Source of the DNA: Candidatus Dojkabacteria bacterium
GTDB lineage: Bacteria > Patescibacteriota > Dojkabacteria > GCA-002793355
Direction of reading: 5' to 3'
DNA length: 51,874 nt
NCBI GenBank assembly: GCA_015489595.1
Contig: WFZK01000002.1
Coordinates: 1 to 51,874, forward strand
In this document: positions 38,261 through 46,763 of the stretch, one piece after another
How the letters are laid out: the number at the start of each line of letters is the position of its first letter
Position numbering within the stretch: position 1 is the stretch's first letter
Position numbers and translations under genes: made by a program
The notes under the pieces: generated by a model
Told to the model about the DNA's origin: nothing
Databases searched by the model: none
The model's input: only the letters and a program-made list of their open reading frames with translations

Positions 38261-39541
38261 ATGAAAAAGCTTGGAAGGATTTTCCTGACAATAATCATAA
38301 TCTTTACTTTCCTGGTAAATATTTTACAGAGTTTTGTGGCGGTAGAAATAGTTAGGTGGCATCTAAAGAAGCAGGGTTATGTAGGTAAAAAGAGTATGCC
38401 TTCGTCCCCTGTAGGTGTTGTTGGAGCTGCAGGAGTAGTGAGGCTTTATACTCATTCATGTGTTAGGTTTAAAGTGCCTGCCTTTGACGTGACTGAAAGG
38501 TTAAGCTTGGCTGGGAAAGCGTATACAGTATGTTCAGAAGGGGAGGGTACTGGATTTGCAGTCACTAAAGATTATATAGCAAGTGCGGGGCACGTTTTGA
38601 TGCCGTCGAGTAAGGGTATCTTTTATGGATATGCAGCCTATCTTTTGGCCTTTTTATCTAAAGGGAGAGCACTCCCCGGATATTTAGATAATGGTTTTTC
38701 CAGTGATCTTTTAGCTGCAGGTAGAAGGTTGGGATACTCCAGACCTGGTTCCACATTTTACAAGAAGGTTCTTAAACAGATTGCAGATAGGTTAAGCGAG
38801 GATAGCTTTACTTTGGCTAAGCATAAAGTTTGGGCAACTCTTGGAGCTTCTGTAACTTGTACGCCTACCGGGCGGTGTAATTCGTTTTATCATAAAGTGG
38901 TTCAAGTAATTCCTGTAGATGGATATGTTCCCAAGGCGAATTTTAACTGGAAGATCGGGGCGCCCACGACGGGGGGAGTCTTGCCTGATTTGGCAGTTGG
39001 TAAGCTTACGGAGCGACTTGGTGTGACTCCCTTGCAGCTAGGGGATTCACGATACATTGATGTTTCCGAAAGATTAATCCTCGTTGGTTTTTCTCCTCTC
39101 GTAGATTCTTCTCTCCCCGATGGAGTAATCTTACCTCACGTACAGGAGGGGACGTTATACACCTCTGAATACTCCCCTTACTTTATGTTTTCTGATTTTT
39201 TAATAGTAAAAATGCCAGGGTTTCCAGGTGAAAGCGGTAGTCCGGTCCTTAATTCCAAGGGAAAGGTCGTGGGTATATGCGCCTTGGGGGAGGTAGAGGG
39301 GATACTATCATCTGAAGATGAGGTGATGATGGCTGTAAAGGTTTCGCTTTTAAAAGAGCTTTTGGACAAACACGGCATAAAGTACAACCATTCTTCTTCG
39401 TCTGAGGTGTTATTAAGAAGTCTTCAGACCTCTAGTAAACATTCGAGGAATAAGCTTGAACAGTTTATAAGATTCGAGCCAGCGTATTATTCTGAGCTTT
39501 TAGGGCATTACTTTTCCGTTAGGGAAGACAGGCCTAGGTGA
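38261..39541 (+). CDS. Membrane-anchored trypsin-like (S1) serine protease
   Basis: GTGF, SAGHV (His), PDLA (Asp), PGESGSPV...G.VVGI (Ser). Confidence 0.88.
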   Translation: MKKLGRIFLTIIIIFTFLVNILQSFVAVEIVRWHLKKQGYVGKKSMPSSPVGVVGAAGVVRLYTHSCVRFKVPAFDVTERLSLAGKAYTVCSEGEGTGFAVTKDYIASAGHVLMPSSKGIFYGYAAYLLAFLSKGRALPGYLDNGFSSDLLAAGRRLGYSRPGSTFYKKVLKQIADRLSEDSFTLAKHKVWATLGASVTCTPTGRCNSFYHKVVQVIPVDGYVPKANFNWKIGAPTTGGVLPDLAVGKLTERLGVTPLQLGDSRYIDVSERLILVGFSPLVDSSLPDGVILPHVQEGTLYTSEYSPYFMFSDFLIVKMPGFPGESGSPVLNSKGKVVGICALGEVEGILSSEDEVMMAVKVSLLKELLDKHGIKYNHSSSSEVLLRSLQTSSKHSRNKLEQFIRFEPAYYSELLGHYFSVREDRPR

Positions 39542-39643
39542 CAAGAGTTTGGATTTTACCTTACACTCGAGAGTACACCTATTTTTTTATGATAAGCGCT
39601 ACTTGGCTGCAAGATAATTCTAAGCGGCAAAGGGGAAAAGGTG

Positions 39644-39699
39644 GTAGGGGGGCTGGTGGCAAAATCGTAGAGACTCGATTTTGCCACCAGCCCCCCTAC
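39644..39699. repeat. Dispersed palindrome family copy 7
   Basis: Perfect 24-bp arms GTAGGGGGGCTGGTGGCAAAATCG, 8-nt loop. Confidence 0.95.
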
Positions 39700-39747
39700 G
39701 TTGCCTTTTATCTTCTGAGCCTGATACTATTAAAGTGTATGGGCTCT

Positions 39748-39999
39748 ATGCTTATCTTAGTGCAAGTCAAGCCGAAATCAAGGATGTATAAAGTAGAAAG
39801 ACTTCCAGACAATGCTGTGGTGCCGTTACCGGGGTTTTCAGGAAAGGTCTCTGCTATGTATAGGGTTTTCCTAAAGGAGCCTCCTGTTGACGGGAAGGCA
39901 AACACAGCGTTGGTCAAGTTGCTTTCAGATTACTTTGGCAAGCCTGTACGGATTTTAAGGGGGAAAGGTTCAAGGATTAAACTGATGCAGGTGGGGTAA
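39748..39999 (+). CDS. DUF167/YggU family protein
   Basis: V.VKP.S, PPVDGKAN..L..LLS.YF, I.RG..SR.K; start moved downstream of the palindrome (39748 or 39739). Confidence 0.88.
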   Translation: MLILVQVKPKSRMYKVERLPDNAVVPLPGFSGKVSAMYRVFLKEPPVDGKANTALVKLLSDYFGKPVRILRGKGSRIKLMQVG

Positions 40000-40045
40000 G
40001 GGGCTGGGGCGAAAATCGACTTTCTTCGATTTTTGCCCCAGCCCC
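40000..40045. repeat. Dispersed palindrome family copy 8
   Basis: 20-bp arms GGGGCTGGGGCGAAAATCGA with one G.T mismatch, 6-nt loop; immediately after TAA stop. Confidence 0.93.
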
Positions 40046-40113
40046 GCCCATGTGTAGAGCAGTTCTTGCGAAAGGTGTATAATCAGTGAGCTTAATTTGT
40101 AAATTGCCTGGAG

Positions 40114-41631
40114 ATGTTAGGGCTTTTGTCAGTTTTGTTTGCTATCTTGATCTTAGTCTTGGATGGTACCCTCATGAATGTCGCTATGGTTAATGTAGCG
40201 GCTGATTTGAAGATTTCGCTATCTGATCTTCAGACTCTTATTACCTTTTATTCCCTTGTAATGGGGGCCCTCATGTTGCTTGGAGGGAAACTGGCAGATG
40301 TTCTTGGTAGAAAGAAGATTTTTATGCTAGGAGTTGCACTGTTTGGGATAGGCAGTCTAATTTCAGCCTTGTCGTCAAAATCATGGCAGCTTTTATTGGG
40401 TTGGAGTATTATAGAGGGTATTGGAGCAGCTTTAATGATGCCTGCCTCAACCTCATTGATAGTGGACTCATTTAAAGGTAAGAAGCGGGCTTTGGCATTT
40501 GGCTTATGGGGTGGGATAGCTGCCGCAGGGGCTGCTCTAGGCCCAGTGGTTGGAGGCTATATAACAACGTATTACTCATGGCGCTATGCTTTTTTGATGC
40601 AGGTGGTTGTCGCAGTTTTTGTGCTACTCGGAGCATTTAAATTGCGAGAGAGTGCTCCACTTAAAGGAACCAAGATAGATTTCATCGGCGCATTGCTGGC
40701 TGGATTAGGGGTAACATCAATAATCTATGCTTCTCTTAAGGCTTGGGAGTATGGTTGGTTTAAAGCTAAAAAGTCCGTCGAGATAGCCGGAATAAATTTG
40801 GCTTTTTTTAATATCTCTTTGACTTTTTGGCTAATGGTAGCAGGGGTCATCCTTTTACTTTTGTTTGTTGTGTGGCAGAGAAGGTGTAAATATCCTTTGC
40901 TGAATCTGGAGATCTTTAAAAATTGGGACTTTACTAGCGCCATTGTATTCGTGACCGTGCTGAATTTAGCCCAGGCTGGTTTGTTTTTCGTTTTACCTAT
41001 CTATTTCCAAGTCCTTTTCAATCTAACACCTCTTAAGGTAGGTCTCTATTTGCTCCCTATCACAGTTGGCGTTTTGCTTACCTCTGCTATAGGTTCACGC
41101 TGGTCTAGGAGTTCTAAGTTCACCATAGTTCTAGGTTTAATTCTCTCTTTAATAGCTGGAGTAATACTATTTAATATAATTGATACCAAACTTGAATACG
41201 TTAAATTTGTTCCAGTGTTTATTCTCCTCGGGGCTGGATTGGGTTTCGTAATGTCGCAGATAACTAATGTAATTATGTCTGCCGTCCCTGCCAAATATGC
41301 TGGGGAAGCGTCTGGCGTTAATAGTACTCTGCGTAGGATCGGCAGCTCTCTCGGCACAGCACTAGTAGGGACGGTCTTTTTCTCTTACACAGAGGATAAG
41401 CTAAGACCGCTTGCAAATACTCTCCATCTTCCGAGTCTTGATGTGAGAATTGTCGCCGAAGTTATAAGGCATCTGCCTGCGGCGGTGAGTGCTAGACTGT
41501 TTGATAGTTTTGCGGTCGTGGTAGTTGATGGGATCAAGCGGGTTTCTATCTTTACGATTGTAATACTTTTTGTAGTGGTGGTCTGGGCTTTGTTTGTGCC
41601 CTTGAGGGTGGAGAATAATGATAAGAGTTAG
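40114..41631 (+). CDS. MFS drug:H+ antiporter, DHA2 (14-TM) type
   Basis: LD.T.MNVA, GKLAD.LGRK motif A, G.A.GP..GG motif C, WR. Confidence 0.92.
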   Translation: MLGLLSVLFAILILVLDGTLMNVAMVNVAADLKISLSDLQTLITFYSLVMGALMLLGGKLADVLGRKKIFMLGVALFGIGSLISALSSKSWQLLLGWSIIEGIGAALMMPASTSLIVDSFKGKKRALAFGLWGGIAAAGAALGPVVGGYITTYYSWRYAFLMQVVVAVFVLLGAFKLRESAPLKGTKIDFIGALLAGLGVTSIIYASLKAWEYGWFKAKKSVEIAGINLAFFNISLTFWLMVAGVILLLLFVVWQRRCKYPLLNLEIFKNWDFTSAIVFVTVLNLAQAGLFFVLPIYFQVLFNLTPLKVGLYLLPITVGVLLTSAIGSRWSRSSKFTIVLGLILSLIAGVILFNIIDTKLEYVKFVPVFILLGAGLGFVMSQITNVIMSAVPAKYAGEASGVNSTLRRIGSSLGTALVGTVFFSYTEDKLRPLANTLHLPSLDVRIVAEVIRHLPAAVSARLFDSFAVVVVDGIKRVSIFTIVILFVVVVWALFVPLRVENNDKS

Positions 41632-41666
41632 GGGGATGTCCGGCTTTAGTCTAGCTGCGGGGTGTG

Positions 41667-42698
41667 CTATTTTACTCCGGTTCGATGTAAAGCGTCCAAA
41701 GCTTTCTTGGCTGCATCAAGTGCGGTAGAAGCTTTAAGTTTTGCAGCCGAAGCATTTTTGTGTCCTCCCCCTCCCAAGGCCATCGCTGCTTTGCTTACAT
41801 CTACAGTCGGAATTGATCTAAACGATATGGAATAAAGATTTTTATCTTTTAGCTTAGGATAAACAAAAAAGAAAGCATGGATCGCAGGGATAGATTCGAG
41901 GATTTTGTGCAGTGTAAAGAGTTTAATAGCTTGAAGCCGAGAGGGATTTTTAACCTCGTCAGTGTCGATAAATGTGTACGCGATCTTGCCGACTATTTTG
42001 ATGTGCTCTAGGATGGTTTTTATTTCGTCAATAGTCTCAGGGAACAGTTTCTCTTCTGTGACGGTGTAGATATCGCGGATCGAGAAGTGATTTTCGCTGA
42101 ATTTGAGAAGTTTTTTAAACAGAAGACAAGTGGAGAACCGGTTGTTTGTGAGGTATTTAAAACCTCGAGTGTCTGCAAGAATGCCAGTAGCTAGATTAAA
42201 TGCGACTTTCCAGCTTATTTTAAGCTTAAGCTTCTCAACAAAGATCTCTGACAAGATCGTGGCCGTAGCACTGCAGATGTATCTAAATACCAGGTCGGCG
42301 GGTTTAATTTTGATCTTGATGGGAGTAGCATGGTGATCAATAAGAACAAGCTGTTTACTAAAGATCATTTTCTCAACTTCGGGGTGGTCGAAGGGAAAAG
42401 TCCTGTGCGGTTCTGCCACATCGAGGATAAACACTACATCCGCAGCGTTTAAGACTTGTTTTAGGGTGGCTGTGTTTGGTTTAACTAGAGTATTTGGGGG
42501 AGCAGGGAGCCCTTCTATTGGAGGTTCAAATAGGACAGAGGCGGTGCGTTTTTTGAAGTTTTCCGTAAGGATAAAGTTGAGCCCAAAAGAGGAGCCATTG
42601 GCATCTGAATCAAGACCTGTGTGCGTAAAAATTACAAAGTTATCGTGGTCTCTTATGAGCTTTTCAAGACTCTTAAGCTTGTATGATAAAATACGCAT
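41667..42698 (-). CDS. nrnA: DHH/DHHA1 phosphoesterase (NrnA-like nanoRNase/pAp phosphatase)
   Basis: H...D.D..GS, LD, IDHH, DT, SFRS, GGGGH..AS; start placed at 42698 by -10 position. Confidence 0.85.
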   Translation of the reverse strand: MRILSYKLKSLEKLIRDHDNFVIFTHTGLDSDANGSSFGLNFILTENFKKRTASVLFEPPIEGLPAPPNTLVKPNTATLKQVLNAADVVFILDVAEPHRTFPFDHPEVEKMIFSKQLVLIDHHATPIKIKIKPADLVFRYICSATATILSEIFVEKLKLKISWKVAFNLATGILADTRGFKYLTNNRFSTCLLFKKLLKFSENHFSIRDIYTVTEEKLFPETIDEIKTILEHIKIVGKIAYTFIDTDEVKNPSRLQAIKLFTLHKILESIPAIHAFFFVYPKLKDKNLYSISFRSIPTVDVSKAAMALGGGGHKNASAAKLKASTALDAAKKALDALHRTGVK

Positions 42699-42801
42699 AG
42701 AGGATTGTATCACTTTGGACGGTTTGATGGGGATATTGGCTAAAGTTGGCTAAGGCGCAGCTGGTGATAGGAGTATAGAAGCAATTCGTTAAGCAGCGCA
42801 T

Positions 42802-42875
42802 GGGCCCATAGCTTAATTGGCTAGAGCGTCCGCGTCGCATGCGGAAGGTTGCGGGTTCGAGTCCCGCTGGGTCCA
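42802..42875 (+). tRNA. tRNA-Ala(CGC)
   Basis: GGGCCCA/TGGGTCC acceptor with G3:U70, anticodon arm TCCGC-GTCGCAT-GCGGA, T-loop TTCGAGT, A73; CCA not encoded. Confidence 0.96.
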
Positions 42876-42938
42876 GGGGAGCCTTCTAGACCTTGTGTAT
42901 TTGTCCTTCCGCAAATATTAAGTTGGGTTAGAAATCCT

Positions 42939-45644
42939 TTATGTATATCTTCGACTTCTGTATGGTCTGGCGAATGCATTAGGTCCGGTAATTGGAGGGG
43001 GCTTAAGTCGTCGTTTTGTCCATTTTGGTCTGTTTAGTGGGGGTGGACGCATTGAAGTTTGACCTTGGGGCTGATTGCTTTTTCCTTTTCTCAGCTTGTT
43101 TAGGTCTATTACATATATGTTTTTCTTCAACCCCCCGCCCCATACGTGTGCCCCTGTGATGTTGTTGTTTTGTCGTCCTGCCCACGTACTCTCGTATACG
43201 ATGCCTTTAGTTGGGTTTCTGCCTTCTAGCCATAGGATAGTGTATATGCTTTGCCCATTGTCATCTACGACTTTAACAGGGCCTAAAATTCTAAGCCTAT
43301 ACCAGTTTCTTATGAATTCTTCCGCCTCTTCTTGAGTATTAAACGCTACTAAGGCTGTGGCAGCAAAGGTGTGAATGCTTCGGTTGTTAATTGTAGCTTC
43401 TGTAAGTTGGGTTTTAAAAGAGATCGTACTGCCAGGTGGAGGCTCAATACTAGGGGCATACTGGCCGTCGTATATTGTAAGATCCATAAATGGCGGCAAA
43501 CCAGAATTCTCTAGCGGCACTGGGCCTACATAGAATCCAGCTTTACCATGTGAGGAGAGTTTAGGATCTTCTAGATATGGTTGTACGCGCTTTATCCATT
43601 GTGTCGTTGTTTCATTACTGTTGGGGATTGCTTTGATAAGCCAAGCTAAATTCCCTACCGGTGTCGTAGCGGCACAGATGCCAAAAGCATTGTGGGTAAA
43701 TTCGTTAGCTTTCGGATTTGTGGCAAAGAAGATTTTGTTTAATCTCTCGGGTTCAGTAACGTAGGTGTTGTTTAATGCATAAGAAGCTATTTCAAGATTG
43801 TGCATCTTGAAGTTTGGCCATAGTACTGTCCATTGTGCATCTGTGGTAGTAATGGGACCAACTTCTACTACATATTTACCGGCTAATGGGCCTTCTTTCA
43901 TAAACCCTGCGAATCTTACCATTTCAGTTTGATATGCGGTTTGTACCAGCTGAACAAGAGTCTTGCCTTTTTTATCTTTGGCGTTAATCGTAAAGTAGTC
44001 GGAGAACTGTTCTTGACTGTAAGAGGTGGAGGAGCTCTCTGTAGCTTCTGTAGCTAAAGGTACATAGACGGTTTGGAGCTGTTGGTCTTTAGTAAGAATT
44101 TGCATCTCTGCGAATGGAATAGTAGCTTGAATGTAGGTGTTGGGTTCGTTCGCAGGAATATATTTTGTTACCCTCACTATATTTTCCGGAGTTATATAGC
44201 CAGAAAGTAGGGTTACATTCTTTATTGGTGTTTGACTAAAAGGTGAAGAGTAGATGTTAATCTCTCCGTGGGGGTCAAGGGGCCTCACATAGATAGGCTC
44301 GCCTTCATAAGGGATTCTTTCTATTTCTTTCGCTGTAGGCTTTTCCCCTGCCGGTAGGGTGACAACTTCAAGTTTGGGTGACAAAATATCGCTTTGTGAT
44401 AGGTATTCTGGCAAGGAGAGCCGTTGCTCTTCTATTTGTATATCTATTTCCGGCCCTTTAGCTTCTAAGCTAGGAGTTTTTTGCTCTAAGGACCTTTTGG
44501 GGGTACTTGTTTCCGGGGGTTGTGGAGAAATTTCTGGTGTAGGGGTAGGGGATGAGGTCGTGTCTTGGAATACTAGTTGTGGAGTTGGCGTCACTTCTGA
44601 CGAGTGCTCGGGCTCCGGCGTCGGGGGAGGGATTACTGTAGTCGGGGTAGGACTTGGCAATGGGCTGTGTATTTGTTGTGTGGGGATAGAGGGCTCTACC
44701 GTCGTCCGTGAGATGGGAGATAAAGATTTAGCAAAAACGCTACTTAGATTATTTCGTGTGACTAGAATTAGGGTCAGGGCTAGAATGAAGGTGGCTATAT
44801 AAGTACTAAGTCTTGGGGAATATATTCGGAGTTTTTCAAGAAAACTAGGGACCTGAGCTCGTTCCTGCGGGTTGAGATTAGGTTCCCCTTCTTGATCTTG
44901 TGCGGTGGTCTCTTCTTTTTGGAAAGAGCCTTGCTGTGTGATCTTTTGGAATAGAGCAGTAAGCTGCTTTGCAGGGGATGTACCTTTTAGTTTTTGAATC
45001 TCTTGTCCACTGAAATATTTCTGCTTTGCCATTGTAACCATTTTGGCTACTTTCGCAGCACCGTGTAAACCTTCCGGTTCGGGCAGCCCCGCAGTTGTAG
45101 CAATTTTTACCCCCATAAGGTAAAGAATTGTGCCTTGAATCATTCTGCTAAATCTTAAGGCTTCCTCAACTTCTTTTGGGGTTTGAGCTTGTTCTTTACG
45201 CTTGTGATAAAAAAGTGTGGTGGCCTCATAGAGCCTCTCTAGAAACTTAAGGTCAGCTTGGGAAAGTTGTCTGGCCTCCTCTTGGTTGTATCTTAGTAGG
45301 CGGTAAGTTCCTTCCCGAAGAACCTCCTTTAGGTTTTGTTGATTTTCCTGAGCTGCAGTTAGGGCAGTCTCTGTAAGAAATTGGGCTAGTCTTCTTCTGC
45401 CTGGTGCCTTGGGCTCTGGAGCATCAGGTTTGCTTTCTCCTTCTGGGGGAGGTGAGTAATATCTGGCGAAGAGTTCCTCGAGGGGAATTACAAGCTGTTG
45501 GGGAGTGATTCCTACTTCCCCTTCGGCGAAGGGGGATTCTCGATCGGGGCCACTGTTTTGGGGTGGTGTTACTCCTTCGGTGGGATTTGGTGCGAGGGCT
45601 CCTACCTCAGGTCGAGCATCAGTTTTACTGGCCATGGCTTCCAT
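42939..45644 (-). CDS. Large single-TM protein: cytoplasmic N-domain, Pro/Thr linker, extracellular region with possible divergent VanW domain
   Basis: TM at about residues 279-296, PTPTP linker, VanW-like motifs near C-terminus. Confidence 0.75.
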   Translation of the reverse strand: MEAMASKTDARPEVGALAPNPTEGVTPPQNSGPDRESPFAEGEVGITPQQLVIPLEELFARYYSPPPEGESKPDAPEPKAPGRRRLAQFLTETALTAAQENQQNLKEVLREGTYRLLRYNQEEARQLSQADLKFLERLYEATTLFYHKRKEQAQTPKEVEEALRFSRMIQGTILYLMGVKIATTAGLPEPEGLHGAAKVAKMVTMAKQKYFSGQEIQKLKGTSPAKQLTALFQKITQQGSFQKEETTAQDQEGEPNLNPQERAQVPSFLEKLRIYSPRLSTYIATFILALTLILVTRNNLSSVFAKSLSPISRTTVEPSIPTQQIHSPLPSPTPTTVIPPPTPEPEHSSEVTPTPQLVFQDTTSSPTPTPEISPQPPETSTPKRSLEQKTPSLEAKGPEIDIQIEEQRLSLPEYLSQSDILSPKLEVVTLPAGEKPTAKEIERIPYEGEPIYVRPLDPHGEINIYSSPFSQTPIKNVTLLSGYITPENIVRVTKYIPANEPNTYIQATIPFAEMQILTKDQQLQTVYVPLATEATESSSTSYSQEQFSDYFTINAKDKKGKTLVQLVQTAYQTEMVRFAGFMKEGPLAGKYVVEVGPITTTDAQWTVLWPNFKMHNLEIASYALNNTYVTEPERLNKIFFATNPKANEFTHNAFGICAATTPVGNLAWLIKAIPNSNETTTQWIKRVQPYLEDPKLSSHGKAGFYVGPVPLENSGLPPFMDLTIYDGQYAPSIEPPPGSTISFKTQLTEATINNRSIHTFAATALVAFNTQEEAEEFIRNWYRLRILGPVKVVDDNGQSIYTILWLEGRNPTKGIVYESTWAGRQNNNITGAHVWGGGLKKNIYVIDLNKLRKGKSNQPQGQTSMRPPPLNRPKWTKRRLKPPPITGPNAFARPYRSRRYT

Positions 45645-45873
45645 GGGAGTTTATAAGCTTAATTGTTTCTTCTTCAATAAATTTCTCTAATTTCCCTTCC
45701 AGTTGGGGTATTAATTTTTTAGCCAATTTGATAGCTTCGTCGTGCCTGCCTTGGGATACGAGAGTCCTTATGTGTTCGAGCTCCTCTGGGTGAGTCCTTT
45801 GTATTTCTTTATAAATGTAAAGCAGAATCTTTTCTCCTAAATATTGTTCTGCCGTTTCAATTATCCGATACAT
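45625..45873 (-). CDS. Small hypothetical protein
   Basis: 82 aa, overlaps start of downstream gene; -10 TAAAAT 5 nt before ATG. Confidence 0.65.
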   Translation of the reverse strand: MYRIIETAEQYLGEKILLYIYKEIQRTHPEELEHIRTLVSQGRHDEAIKLAKKLIPQLEGKLEKFIEEETIKLINSHGSHGQ

Positions 45874-45971
45874 ATACTATTTTATAGGATAGATGCATTC
45901 AGGACAAATAATAAGAAAGGTTTGGGTCAAAGTCGTATTTGCTCCAGCCCCAAAACAAATGTCTTTTCACT

Positions 45972-46763
45972 TTAGCTTTCTGAGAGATTTAGCACGTTGT
46001 TTTGAGTGCCCAGGCGCTTCGCGATTTTCTTTAACTTCCGTATTTCCATGTAAAGTCGAATCGCAGCTGGGATCGCTCTCAGCTTAAACGGCCCGCTAAT
46101 TGCAGCAATAGGATCGAAATTCAGTAACCGATGATTTTTAGGATCAAAACCTACGTTTGTAAGCAGATCAGGGAGTGGTGCCTTAAGTGGATCTTTATTG
46201 TGCCCGTGGCCTAGCCAGTCTAAGACTATTCCAGTAGAGCGAAACACTTTTTCTGTAGTATCCATAATATGTTTTATATCGTTGCTTGTTAATTGAGTAA
46301 ATAATCCTGGATCTCGGGAGAGTTCAGGGGTGTACCATACGTAAGTACTTTGATCTGGTGGATAAGCGAAAATGATTGTAGGAAGGTATCTGGCAACGTC
46401 TTCGTGTGAATATAGTGTAGTTAACGCACGTAGCACTGCTCTTGGATTGCGGCCTGTGATGGTTTTTAAAACCGCAGATTTAAGCCTAGCTGCTGCTCTT
46501 TCTCTAAATGATCGCTTCTCTGTTGTGGTCGCTTCAACCGAGGTGGTTCCCTCATTGGGTTTACAAATTCCCTGGGGGGATTTCTTTATAAACGAATCTG
46601 AATTGATCCTTTCACCCGCGGTTGAGGTTAGGGTGATGATTCGCCAACCTTGGTTTTCGAGTTCCTCGAGTTCAGCCTGGAGTTGAGCCGAATTAATTCG
46701 TTCTATGTATTGGTGTTCAATCCCAGGCTCAAGGGATACACCTCTATTTTCTAAACCTCGCAT
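45972..46763 (-). CDS. Hypothetical protein, possibly atypical kinase-like fold
   Basis: FIKK, LDWLG...TNV, LLNFDP order resembles kinase motifs; weak. Confidence 0.55.
   Translation of the reverse strand: MRGLENRGVSLEPGIEHQYIERINSAQLQAELEELENQGWRIITLTSTAGERINSDSFIKKSPQGICKPNEGTTSVEATTTEKRSFRERAAARLKSAVLKTITGRNPRAVLRALTTLYSHEDVARYLPTIIFAYPPDQSTYVWYTPELSRDPGLFTQLTSNDIKHIMDTTEKVFRSTGIVLDWLGHGHNKDPLKAPLPDLLTNVGFDPKNHRLLNFDPIAAISGPFKLRAIPAAIRLYMEIRKLKKIAKRLGTQNNVLNLSES

Noticed and set aside
2663-40045. Palindromes as CRISPR repeats or integron attC sites
   Set aside because: They are dispersed rather than regularly spaced. There are no cas or intI genes, no RYYYAAC/GTTRRRY ends and no characteristic extrahelical bases.
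42849-43335. Short ORFs at 42849, 43003 and 43075, and other antisense ORFs inside long genes (e.g. 18..449, 28131..28730, 44359..44802)
   Set aside because: They are shadow frames of tRNA-Ala or of well-supported CDSs.
42802-46763. Integrated element at tRNA-Ala or tRNA-His
   Set aside because: Orphan genes are adjacent, but no integrase or duplicated tRNA 3' end (att site) was seen.
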